A DNA stretch of 64,000 bases from Spirochaetaceae bacterium. GTDB taxonomy: Bacteria; Spirochaetota; Spirochaetia; DSM-2461. The stretch covers positions 398,870-462,869 of the forward strand of contig JAOPTT010000006.1 of assembly GCA_051531975.1 (NCBI GenBank). Direction: 5' to 3'. Below the pieces are notes generated by a model. It saw only the letters and a list, made by a program, of their open reading frames with translations. It was not told the DNA's origin and ran no database searches. The translations under genes were made by a program, and so were the position numbers. Positions 12,001-18,880 of the stretch are shown here, one piece after another. The first letter of the stretch is position 1. Every line of letters begins with the position of its first letter.

Positions 12001-12087
12001 AATACTATGACTGTTTATTTTATCAGAAAATGTATATTGAATACTAATAGACATAATGATTAAAAGAATAACAATCTTCTTATTCAT
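1..12087 (-). CDS. Giant secreted/surface protein (>4029 aa, 3' end beyond window): signal peptide, ~11 bacterial Ig-like repeats, long beta-rich region, IPT/TIG-like domains
   Basis: Not in ORF track, consistent with no stop inside the window. ATG at 12087 gives MNKKIVILLIIMSISIQYTFS; frame spot-checked and still open at position 1 (..VKLNGSTLLSI). Repeated xIDxTxP motifs; IPT-like PIVTNFSP...VKGSGFT near 850-940. Confidence 0.85.
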   Translation of the reverse strand, partial: MNKKIVILLIIMSISIQYTFSDKINSHSIEAIGDDLYFKDNVKILVKFSVTGGHYRVYVDGYSRSRKKGVPFPYSTGSFKHYFYCSTTTDLNYKIKHEYFNIEKSGTLKVYKDNIKPAITDNIGSSKYFNSTPNLEVSINDTANYTSSCPDLGTSLKELFYKVEFTNLKGQVKYLNNISAANLIVGYNNCTKVSITEDDNYKLKLAQYINSLTTNERNGDYKITVHALDQVSNRTVYNKEFTIDNTSPSLTIKQNIIENTSEPVILTAVTSDIESGIVKTLYRYHSKDKWKTGSPVITENKIVYFKTRNGSGLTTYVNHSVSNIDNSVPTIEVISSNENWTNKSVVITAKSRDLESGIVLTEYSYDSVNWFEGYKINISENKDIYFRAVNGVGLNSGVIMYKVENIDTVQPLIEILDNSDESQVFYEFKYKISDNNQILKNIIYVNNMPVIPSIIGDIYSVLLNNKLNNVYVDGDNEILVNIEDMAGNKNSFNQTIRLDNTPPNIEVKTKPLGYYKQFNYEFTITDNNKISIVKVLQNGIEVIPIYNGLNSYSVLINYEGINFIEIFSKDYSGNRSTINEQIFIDNTPPALIDNITDSYHKTFDYIYTISDNIKIDNHDIYINKILKKPTQIDNNKFLIKFSESGIFEVELNIKDTSGNILNVTKEIKIDNVRPTIDEITTPIKLYSHYYYKFNVSDNILVNDVICLINNKEVTYVKNINNEYVLDIFNNGINEVQITATDSVGNKITKNQIVNIDSIAPKIITENPILGDEIFITEYITLKDSSLIATDLHLSKIKFSFNIEDFRQIIGPIKLSDHNIVDGVNTINIAAFDKVENKTIRSFNFIKDTTIPVINFIDLKFNNNLEDTKANSSITFIGVDRLELNEDKLEYKTDDEFNKLIISEPIFLSADIPDGKFNVTVRLTDKVGFSTDFVKQFIIDRISPDIQTVEISLFENNNGETSLLEDSITASNNLQLVLTNSSKDIDIPRYEYFLTKLLPSNMNYNKDNYTKYNNNSVLDFKDGGGLYYLYVYLFDDAGNRSENYTYKTIRINNKTILPPKVTGYLKANYITDVTTLNNITFKISPDNSNNSLAFVNKYRYQLYKGILAPEQLIIDSEITNFDGGITLLNLNSLKDNLTDEYYFLKVRALTNSKQQSEFSLDHKFRIDTTPPQNLLIQSQTHPDSDQEYSHGEIELNWQKPTDMTGVKKYEYYISNDNNTFIEGNVLITRVGNSCFIRLALTKDEIIGDKYVKVIATDYGDKQTEDLFKLKYNRSLPIINITDIEKDLDTLSSIITWDVIGNIESQKIIINQEDKFYSILLDKKIRSYNIDGLVLNKKYKVSISTFTDTIPVLQNISSQSFTFNNDINDNELDYVDFIYNIDGFKVYGEQHFNSNEKSAASIVVPGYINKINNLELTNLKFNQTFDYGENFDAYSDIDINGFNIKSSMEEDFYSGLYIDSLLGVNLINRFIKFTTENDELKLLFENIHLSSSINPIINSSIYEVSTPVTINSKVNINKSWILNNVSIFKLFNSRLLITAAITDFINYENLNITSFIDNISTINISNSLLTHDGSFISSKIDDELLLKWGPEEVKLKVLDSELVADNLHIKDAELLFEDEKTAVDENGNSINVYLKNLIISRNGVVINNPDDITPFYIKHNNEISFYINKLTFDDNHIQASGEIISNENRSYFNNLQINGNGISPNAQGNIDNDITYQSKSGFFLYAKKHNIKITNKGFLLENCDIDLSSFQQGLTSKIYNTVISFTLENIIQDGYSFDELTINYSDNEIYKIKEIVLTDNNLVAKKLSVNLSKFFNNIEIDIFNSNMRIDEQLDVGFIQFGYVDENISKLKLRSGFDLQFSEIYYNNGILVIPESKILLPEGSPNNALNIMDLESDQINTTYTILENSINYSHNNWNFNIYKPKITDLGISGDTEIEIILLGDKQQIKLHEFNMKYNGDIILSNFTSMESEITVYGFNAITKGINIINDELIFDNISIFNRSQNFDIQFNDINFNNKGELLSELYSNSKVVFTSNNGFKVQSDTIYFDNEKMFSTGSIYLPENLNPDKVVNFSNSPFEITSSWIVLSKTITVPITIYNNGISISIIDYFFTDEGIYIQSGIVEIDAENSIKIENVLLNKLGEEIYSGNIKQSKNISIAGWNMDIDSISFESDGITLSGNVILPEDFSDTTIYLDDIKLTKDNDKISFTSNTTINNLSLTIFDMAFDFKTIKLTSESIKISNSTIKLPDGDIFGGEIISFNNIEIFSSGAFNIVYSNSEPLNIFGLDLYINNLIINENNLEIEGSVQFPSDFFVEELRDFYVDINKFNYNMNTKEIIFELQLEDIEVEIADGWVTTISDINIDNDGINIGQGLIYFPTDWLDNISVESTGFKNLSLDFSSKEFSIEEIFFNNIEVDIENYNFTITTGSYSETEGFTFGGIFPLTGLFNGEDSPPVITVHKLQINNDYRIKELDATFEGENLSLTANKELLFSGNIRTSITEDDIDFDLSGVLVLGNTFLIEDMQADTLVISEFKYNLTNNKIKSLNAMYESSEKRVLDSTISDFVFSINYVEDTPINFTLGGNIILPETFPGIGGEIFSVNGQFDSLGNILVFDSELTITEDKQLVDNLILKSGSNISITPNIESINSNNILESISFSLNSAVIEFDENFSIEKLQGSKIITNELTINSFGGFESCDLTYSLTEQFEIFPGYKLKNGTISLLAPDNNDIKTTISGSIILPESFGDTELLINNFTIHSDGTIDVDISRSDIDTIIFEKLHLTNGELSVLTDIDNDLLFNISGDLQLVDTNLPSELTNSKLSGDIVYSANNGFTSMNIGLTSGELFKYEVVDGLTLELEDLSVDSRGIAAQGTLTIEDGFVGVLGNTKTRGYIFIDWDGEIIESEITLEELEIEYADMKCVINNISFDKDGLSFTKGIITLPSSLGNQKIDITDGGIDNTGKFYGDVNVEKLDIDLLGCKISLYSPEIDSDNNQISCSKSELVLPVALGSASIVLNDVKIDSNGLSISGGEFELPDINTGALTFKDMSALLAISGDDYEISASGKVFVASIGEVEAKISLVNISNPDYPIGLKYAYFGFEADIGGLPLGTTGLLLTGLRGGLAFGPPGDDLEEYIRDKFTSGMRIELGVTITNVEKTVTGKSDFWLNTTNLDFALKGELEYLDGLFTAYSTAIYTKSYGLELIAGLEIDFFNKIYLEGTIRAHLFDEDDKTRFCGEAYVDVSVQDILFGFPEDPMSLGRLGIEVGDFNDDRQGFKGYIELNILGSVGFFIGSDGYFDVGDVEEYTLLDSSEPNSNRLVYRTFNRIQKRSNRVNKRIIFCLEYTEGDPHISVVSPTGEVFREGDDNIIIERLSNKILLAVKDPAPGNWRLEVDNLKKESLYSIKAVGINKNPELDILTVLDKHQELNTNYTVSGKVKIYTESKPIITVYASSKIGSFTGLKIGDVILNESGEFDIKTNLTILSNNEYYLYVGLNDGINPEFYKHISGSIILNNNFNELEAIDDLVINRDEQYVNISFSDNYPNRSKGFYLTINNLTTDIIESIDLGYLTSLSLSTLNPGDIYEFSIIPYNVENEFGPVSNVVLLEIESKVYNPDNNFLIKYQEHELTIGDNSTLYIDVIPETTNLTDDYTEVIISGSPSFLDLNIKHKRLSLKEEGSYQIDLLFNQSKTDVLPGIYYISGIIKNVNNVDVFRSFKLEIIVKEPSPIVTNFSPKTWHIDDNTTIFVKGSGFTKSTKAYIDDTLCIVNYTNSKTLKIYAPKLSKQNSGELKILNSDALYTIKDVELIKPSIKLEHLKYKTKVNPKNFSWFYSRINRINRFNDEINISIENSPINWIVTNSIDGDIISTKIYIPENTIPDVYSIKLKVNEIDVEYFVEVVKNIVKPHISTIYDNIIYGFGFNPQSRVYMDNKECDVLNYKNDTLTFSAGTNEVDGIVKVQTLENVSNSIKYTYITENFNLYAFQNNFYLLPNETIKGKLYISGYSNSVDINIINDNIGISVTVLNKRVKLNGSTLLSI

Positions 12088-13237
12088 AGGAAGTTCTCCC
12101 ATGAACTAATTGATAAATATTGTTCCTTTTGATTAATGTATAATCTTTGTAAAATACCGGAATGATTTCACTTTCAAATAGATAAAATTCTTTACCTGTA
12201 AAAAATACATCTGTTCCTTCAAAATTATGAAGATAAAAGTTTCCTATAAGTTTAAAATTGATATCTAATTCAGAAAACAGATGGCTTGTTATAATTTTAG
12301 TTTTATCTAGATTTGAATATAACTCTACTTCAACACTGTTATTACTTTTCTTTAAACTATAGAAATTATTTATAACCTTAATTTCAACAGGTAAAACATC
12401 TCTGATAATATAATCTGTTACTGAATAAGAAAACTCATCATAGTTGATATTTATAATTTTGTTATCTATAAAAAAAGCCTCTTTTTCACCTTCAATAATC
12501 TGCAAAAAATCATTTACAGAAAACTCTTTAACTTCAGTTATTTTTATATATTTAATCTGATTCTTAATAATTTTTACTAGATAAGCTTCATTATTTATAT
12601 TGTTTTCAACAATCATAATACCGATGTGTTCAACATATGTTGGATGAATCCTAGATATAAAAAAATCTTTTATATAATGACCTTCAATTGGAAATTTATT
12701 TATTGTAGAGAACTTTTGATTAATAAAATTATTATCAAAATAGACAGAGTATATAGAATTTGAATTATTAAAAATAACTTGAGCATTTTCACCAATATCT
12801 GAAATAACTAATAAGTTATCAATTGGACCAGAACTATCAATAGGTATAACTAAATCATCTCTAATAATTAGATTATCATTTTTTATACTAATTACATTAA
12901 TTGAATATTCATCTTCTTTTATACCTATAAAAAAGACCATATCCCTATTCCTAGAAAAATGTATAACTTCAACTTCAGTTATAGAATCAAACTGATGATA
13001 GTTAAAATCAAGGTAATAGTCTAAAAACTGTTCAGAATTTTTTAGTTTTTGTTTAATAATTAGATTGTTATCTTCAATACCAAAAAAATAGTCAGACCCA
13101 CTTTCAGATGAAATCATAACACTATCTGTAATGTTATTAATATCTAATAAATTGTATCTATTTTCAAAATTATTATCTAAAGAAAACAGACTAATCAAAC
13201 AAACTTTAAATAAAATTAGTACAACTATTCTTCTCAT
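12080..13237 (-). CDS. Hypothetical exported protein, 385 aa, coupled to giant protein gene
   Basis: Signal-peptide-like N-terminus; stop overlaps downstream start by 8 nt. Confidence 0.75.
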   Translation of the reverse strand: MRRIVVLILFKVCLISLFSLDNNFENRYNLLDINNITDSVMISSESGSDYFFGIEDNNLIIKQKLKNSEQFLDYYLDFNYHQFDSITEVEVIHFSRNRDMVFFIGIKEDEYSINVISIKNDNLIIRDDLVIPIDSSGPIDNLLVISDIGENAQVIFNNSNSIYSVYFDNNFINQKFSTINKFPIEGHYIKDFFISRIHPTYVEHIGIMIVENNINNEAYLVKIIKNQIKYIKITEVKEFSVNDFLQIIEGEKEAFFIDNKIININYDEFSYSVTDYIIRDVLPVEIKVINNFYSLKKSNNSVEVELYSNLDKTKIITSHLFSELDINFKLIGNFYLHNFEGTDVFFTGKEFYLFESEIIPVFYKDYTLIKRNNIYQLVHGRTSYE

Positions 13238-13398
13238 CTTGGCCTACCTATAAATCTCTATAACTTACACATAGGCTGTTAATATCTATTAATTCAAATC
13301 CAGATTAGACTGACAAATATAATTCTAGATTAATGAGATGTTTAATTTTTATTCTTGAAAAAAAGTTTTAATCTACTAAACTGTAATTAGGGGAAAAT

Positions 13399-13926
13399 AT
13401 GAAAGAAGTTAAATTTGTACACTCGATGATACCTGCCATTCAAAATATATCATCATTTAAGTTTTTATCAGAAACCGAAATGATAGATATGATTAGTAAA
13501 AGTTCTATTCTAATGTATGGTGAACATGAAAAGATTATTAACCAGGATGATGTAGACCAAAACCTTTTTGCAGTTATTAAAGGGTGTGTAAAAGTTACTG
13601 TAGAAGAGAATGATAAGGAAGCATATATATGTACCCTAGGTAAAGCAGAGATATTTGGGGAAGCTGGAATGTTTATGAATGTTAAAAGATCCGCCAATGT
13701 TATCGCTGCTGAAGATTCAATAATATTAAAAATTGATAGACATAGTATGTTAACGTTCATCAAGAATAACCCAAGTGCTGGGAATAAAATATTTATGGTC
13801 ATGATCCATGGACTTCTAAGTAAATTAAAAGAAGCAAATAGAGAATTAGCCTACGAAAGAAAAGAAGATATTGACCAGAATGATGTAGACGATTTAGTTG
13901 CAAATTTATTAAATAACAAGGAATAA
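13399..13926 (+). CDS. Cyclic nucleotide-binding domain protein (Crp-like, no clear HTH)
   Basis: IKGCVKV, IFGEAG and RSANVIA cNMP motifs; GGGG RBS upstream. Confidence 0.85.
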   Translation: MKEVKFVHSMIPAIQNISSFKFLSETEMIDMISKSSILMYGEHEKIINQDDVDQNLFAVIKGCVKVTVEENDKEAYICTLGKAEIFGEAGMFMNVKRSANVIAAEDSIILKIDRHSMLTFIKNNPSAGNKIFMVMIHGLLSKLKEANRELAYERKEDIDQNDVDDLVANLLNNKE

Positions 13927-14344
13927 TATAACTAAAAAGATACTTCCTCCTCTATAATTAAAAAGCCCAAACCGTAAAACTTCTAAAGACACTTTCATTT
14001 ACCATAACCTGTAAACTTCCAAAACTATTACACTCATAATCCCTCACCTGCAGCTACCACAACACCCTGCAAGCGAGTCCACATAGGGTGTTACCCTTGT
14101 CCCAAGGGTCAGGCTATCCACTTAAACTCCTCACCAAGCAAGCTTGCCTCCGGGGTAACGTTTCTATCCTTAACACAAAAGGTGGGACTTAAAGAATAGT
14201 AAGTATTAAGGGATTGATTTAATTCAAACTGGTTTAAAGAGTACTTATGTCAATAAACATAAACAAATGTATTAGGAATATTAGTAATTAATGATTGTAC
14301 AAATTGTAACAGATAACTACTAAAACCTTAAGTAAGGTCTTTTT

Positions 14345-14499
14345 AGAGTACATATCTTGCGCAAATATAACTAAAGATATGTATACGTAAGATGGTTTGT
14401 AGAGTTAATATTTTAATTATCTAGATTACATTATCGTTATTAAAATAATAATCTGTTAGTAGAATAAGATATATGAAAAACTAGTGATTTGGTATGTTA
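14345..14499 (+). repeat. 155-bp direct repeat, copy 1 (leader of NACHT gene)
   Basis: 6 mismatches by eye versus 18677-18831; weaker homology extends upstream to ~14060. Confidence 0.9.
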
Positions 14500-14667
14500 T
14501 ATTTATAAAGGGTACAGCCTAAGGACATCAGTGTCACCTTATATTATTTTATTTAAATCTACTCAGTTAACTATTATTTTGATTATTTTAATTGAGCATC
14601 ATACTTTATAATATAATAGTATAAATTAAATAGAAAACAATATATTATTGCTTATTTGGAGGTACTA

Positions 14668-16452
14668 ATGCTTGAAGAAGAGGTTATGATATCTGAAATT
14701 ACTGCTAATGTTATTATTTCACAATTAGAAGTTATGAAAACTTGGTTAAGTGGTAATATTAAAGATTTTTGGGTTAAAAATTTGCAAAGTTTTAATAGAT
14801 ATTTAACTAAAACATATGAAAAAAATAAAATGACGAAAACCCTTTTGTATAAAGATAAAGCTGTTAATATAAGTGACATTTATATTAATATCGATTTATC
14901 TATAAAAAATAAATCAAAAGTAATAAAAGACACAGAAGTTTTAGATAAAATAGAAGCAGGAAAAAAAATCCTAATCACAGCAAGCGCAGGTTCAGGTAAA
15001 TCCTTCTTTGCAAAATTTCTTTTCCTGTCATGTATCGCACGTAAAAATATAATTCCAATCATGATTGAGCTTAGAAATGTAGTAGATTTGTGTGAATCAA
15101 TAATTAGTATTATTACAACTGAACTACAGGATGGTGGAATAAAAATAAGTCTATCTCAAACAGAAGAACTAGTTAACACTTGTAAATTCTTAATAATACT
15201 TGATGGTTATGATGAGGTTCCTGCAAAACAACTAGAAACATTAAATTCAAATATTATGCAGTTTACTTCTAGAAATACTTCTTGTCCTTTAATAATTACT
15301 AGTCGACCTGATGAACGATTAGAATATTTTAGTCTATTTGAAATATATAAAATAAAACCTCTAAATTTAGATCAAGCGGTAAAGTTAATAAACAAAATTG
15401 ATTATCATGAAGACGTTAAACAAAAATTCTTATTAAAGTTAAAATCGGGTAAATTTAACAAACAAAGTGATTTTATTAGTAATCCATTATTATTATCAAT
15501 TTTACTAATGACATTTGAAGAGTTTGCTGATGTACCAGACAAAATGCATATTTTTTATGAAGATGCATTTGATACTTTATATTATAGGCATGATGTATCA
15601 AAAGGAATGTTTCGTAGAGAAGTAAGATCAAAACTAGCTATAGATGATTTTAAAAGTATTCTTTCTTGTATATCATCATCTGGATATGTACGTGGAAAAC
15701 TAAATTATTCAAATACAGAACTAATAGAATATATACGAAAAGCTAAAAAAATAACTGGGATTAACAATTTAAGTCCCGAAAAATATAAATTTGACTTATT
15801 AACAACAGTTTCACTATTTATACAAGATGGATTGAGATATACGTATAGCCATAGAACCTTTCAAGAATACTTTGCTGCATTATTTATAATTAACTTTTCA
15901 TTTGAGAATAAAATAAAATTGTACTATAAATATATTGAAAGAGGTTCATGGGATAGTGCCTTATTATTAGCTTTTGAAATGAATAGAGACACTGTAGAAA
16001 CAGAATTTATATTACCAGAACTTGAAAAAGTATTAAATAAATATGAAAGTGACCCTCTTGGATTATTGGAACATTGGTTTATTAATATATCTTTTAAATG
16101 GATTAAATTAGAAAATGGAAAATATAAGCAAAGTTATCGTATTGTGCCACGTAAAACAAATTATGGATTCACATTATTTATTGAAGAAGCATATCCAAAA
16201 GATAAAATTAAGGGTGCACTTTCATACCATAGATTACTTACAAAAAAAAGATTTAAAGTTATTTTCCCAAACTATAAAGACAACAGATTTATATCATTTA
16301 GAAATCTCAAAGAAATTGATAAAAAAATATTAAAAGATACTGGAATATTAGAATCTACAATTTATAGAATAGAACATATGAAATTAGTATTGAAACATAT
16401 AAAACAAAGACATAAACATCGATCTATTAGTAATATTGAGAATTGGTTGTAA
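14668..16452 (+). CDS. NACHT-family STAND NTPase (bacterial NLR-like, probable anti-phage)
   Basis: Walker A ASAGSGKS, Walker B LIILDGYDE, ITSRP, NPLLL, YSHRTFQEYFAA; GGAGGT RBS before ATG 14668. Confidence 0.85.
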   Translation: MLEEEVMISEITANVIISQLEVMKTWLSGNIKDFWVKNLQSFNRYLTKTYEKNKMTKTLLYKDKAVNISDIYINIDLSIKNKSKVIKDTEVLDKIEAGKKILITASAGSGKSFFAKFLFLSCIARKNIIPIMIELRNVVDLCESIISIITTELQDGGIKISLSQTEELVNTCKFLIILDGYDEVPAKQLETLNSNIMQFTSRNTSCPLIITSRPDERLEYFSLFEIYKIKPLNLDQAVKLINKIDYHEDVKQKFLLKLKSGKFNKQSDFISNPLLLSILLMTFEEFADVPDKMHIFYEDAFDTLYYRHDVSKGMFRREVRSKLAIDDFKSILSCISSSGYVRGKLNYSNTELIEYIRKAKKITGINNLSPEKYKFDLLTTVSLFIQDGLRYTYSHRTFQEYFAALFIINFSFENKIKLYYKYIERGSWDSALLLAFEMNRDTVETEFILPELEKVLNKYESDPLGLLEHWFINISFKWIKLENGKYKQSYRIVPRKTNYGFTLFIEEAYPKDKIKGALSYHRLLTKKRFKVIFPNYKDNRFISFRNLKEIDKKILKDTGILESTIYRIEHMKLVLKHIKQRHKHRSISNIENWL

Positions 16453-16500
16453 ATTAATAAGTTAGAATCAAGTAAGATCTAATGTGATAATTAAAATATA

Positions 16501-16543
16501 AATCGGGTAGCCAGAGGTTTCTCTCCTCAAGCCCCCACACCAC
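16501..16543 (-). ncRNA. Group II intron 3'-end remnant (D6 and part of D5), continued at 18434-18462 beyond the IS
   Basis: Rejoined minus strand reads accaccctgtgcggacccgcttgcagggtggtgtgggggc...ggctacccgatt, resembling class C intron D5/D6. Confidence 0.7.
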
Positions 16544-16572
16544 CATTCTATTACCCACAAATCTGACAACTA

Positions 16573-16886
16573 TTATTCTTTTGACTCTTGTTTCAAAATG
16601 GCAATGTTTACTATTTGTAAATCATTGATTATATTCTGAATCTTGGCATAATTAGCCACCATCTTCCTAACTTCTATTAGTTGTTTACGAGGTATATAGA
16701 CTGTATGAGTTTTTGATTAATATCTTTGTAGGTCAACCGATATGCTTTACTTTTAGATTTTACAGAGCAAATGCATCCAGCTCTGTTACATGTAGAGCAG
16801 ACACTTGTAATTGAACCTCTAAGAAAATCCGAACATCCTTCAATTTTACCCAACAGTGATTTTCGTTTTTTTGACAGTTTAATCAT
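16573..16886 (-). pseudogene. DUF6788-like IS passenger protein, frameshifted
   Basis: FLRGSI..CSTCNRAGCIC..YRLTYKD; another frame continues KTHTVYIPRKQLIEVRKMVANY to a stop at 16573. Confidence 0.65.
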
Positions 16887-16964
16887 TACTAATCCTTACT
16901 TTATAGGCAGACGTTTTATATACTTATATTTAGTAAGATTCAACTACTATTCAGGAGGGGATAA

Positions 16965-18416
16965 ATGAGCTGGTCTGACGATGATTTTAAAGAGATCGAT
17001 CTAGGTGACAAAAGATTGAATGCAATAATAATCAGGTTATGTGATACTCTCTCCGAATTACCAGAGAGTCCAATAAACCAGGCATGTGTAGATTAGACTG
17101 AGACAAAGGCTACTTATCGTTTATTTCATAACGAAAATGTTGATGCAGACCAAATTATGGCTACTCACCGAAATAAAACTGTAGAAAGGGCAAGTAAACT
17201 AAGTACTGTTCTTGTTATTCAGGATACTAGCTATCTTATTTACACCAGTAATACAAAGACAATAGGATTAGGGACAATATCACTGAAGAAGGGAGAGAAT
17301 ATCGATAAAATATATTCTCAAGGTCTAGTTATGCATACATGCCTTGCCTTAACTACTTCAGGGACTCCTTTGAGGCTAATCGATCAGAACATATTTGCTC
17401 GACAACTACGTCCAGAAAATCAGCGTCGATCAATGGGAGGAAAGTACATTCAAGATGTTTTACCAGTTGAAAGAAAGGAAAGTTTTCGTTGGATAAAAGC
17501 TTTACAGAAAACGATGAAAACTTCTATTGGTGAGAAGACTGTAACTGTATGTGACAGAGAATGTGATTTTTATGATTTTTTAAAGCAGCAAAAAACTATT
17601 GATACATCAGTTTTGGTACGTGCATTTCAAAATAGGACAATTAATCGGAGCAGTAGATATGCCCAATAAGGTGTACCGAAACTGTGGGCTTTTATGGAAT
17701 CTCAACCAGATGCAGGATCATACACTGTAGATATTACTGCAAGAAAGAAGAATAGATACTGCAAAGGTCGAATGGCAAGGAGTGCAGAAATGCCTGGTAT
17801 GTTTGCTCCATTTAGAATGAATCCCCACGAAATAATCCCAAGCATAATTCCGAACTACTTCCCGATATCATGATATATGCAATTCATGTACTAGAACAGA
17901 ACCCGCCTGAAGGAGAAAAACCCATAGAATGGATGTTACTTACAAACATACCTGTGACTACCTTGGAAGAGGCATCCGAAAAGGTTCGCTGGTACTGTTT
18001 GCGATGGCGAATAGAGATGTTTTTCAAATTTTAAAAAATCTGGATTTCATGTAGAGGCATACAGATTGGGAACTGCAAACCGTTTAATTCGTTATCTAAC
18101 AGTCATGAGTATTGTAGCATGGAGATTGTTCATGATCACATTGATCGCACGAACTGATCCTTTAATACCATGTTCGGTATTTCTTTCAGATAGCAAGTGG
18201 ACGGTATTGGTCCTCAAAGTATTTCGTAATAATATTCTTCCAAAGGAACCACCGACTGTTGCAGATGCTGTTAAATCAATAGCCATGCTCGGAGGATATC
18301 TGGACAGAAAGAACGATGCTCCACCAGGAATGTTTGTGTTATGGCGAGTTTGGAAGAGATTGATAGATCTAACTGAAGGCTGGAACTTAGCATGTAGAAT
18401 TAATACTTGTGGGTAA
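16965..18416 (+). pseudogene. IS4/Tn5-like transposase pseudogene
   Basis: MSWSDDDFKEIDLGDKRL, IQDTS, VCDRECD, WYCLRWRIE (YREK region), LGGYLDRKNDAPPG; stops at 17094 and 17667, frameshifts near 17825 and 18030. Confidence 0.9.
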
Positions 18417-18676
18417 TAGAATGATCACACCACCCTGCAAGCGGGTCCGCACAGGGTGGTACTTTTTCATTCCTACTATCTTTAATACCAACAAAAAATA
18501 CCAGTACAATTATTCTTTTCATCTTGGCTTACTATAAATCTCTATAAAACCCTATCCACTTAAATTCCTCAATAATAAAGCTTGAATCACGGGTACTGTT
18601 ACTATCATTAAAATAAAAGAAGGGACTTCAATGATATTAAGTATTCAGGGATGTATTCAATTCTATCTGGTTTAAA

Positions 18677-18831
18677 AGAGTACATACCTTGCGTAAATAT
18701 AACTAAAGATATGTATACGTAAGATGGTTTGTAGAGTTAATATTTTAATTATCTAGATTACATTATCATTATTAAAATAATAATCTGTTAGTATAATAAT
18801 ATATATGTAAAACTAGTGATTTGGTATGTTA
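18677..18831 (+). repeat. 155-bp direct repeat, copy 2 (leader of TPR-MBL gene)
   Basis: Near-identical to 14345-14499. Confidence 0.9.
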
Positions 18832-18880
18832 AATGTACAAAAAAATTAAAATTACGTGAACAAAAGTTTTATCTGATATC

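Larger units (their letters stand above)
16544..18423 (+). mobile_element. IS4-family (IS50/Tn5-like) insertion sequence, degenerate
   Basis: 17-bp perfect terminal IRs cattctattacccacaa (16544-16560) / ttgtgggtaatagaatg (18407-18423); cacaccac duplicated on both flanks. Confidence 0.9.

Noticed and set aside
17157..18416. ORFs 17157-17669 and 18066-18416 as separate genes
   Set aside because: Fragments of a single disrupted transposase
18804..18834. dif-like site (gtatgttaaat)
   Set aside because: Only one arm resembles a XerD site; no convincing XerC arm
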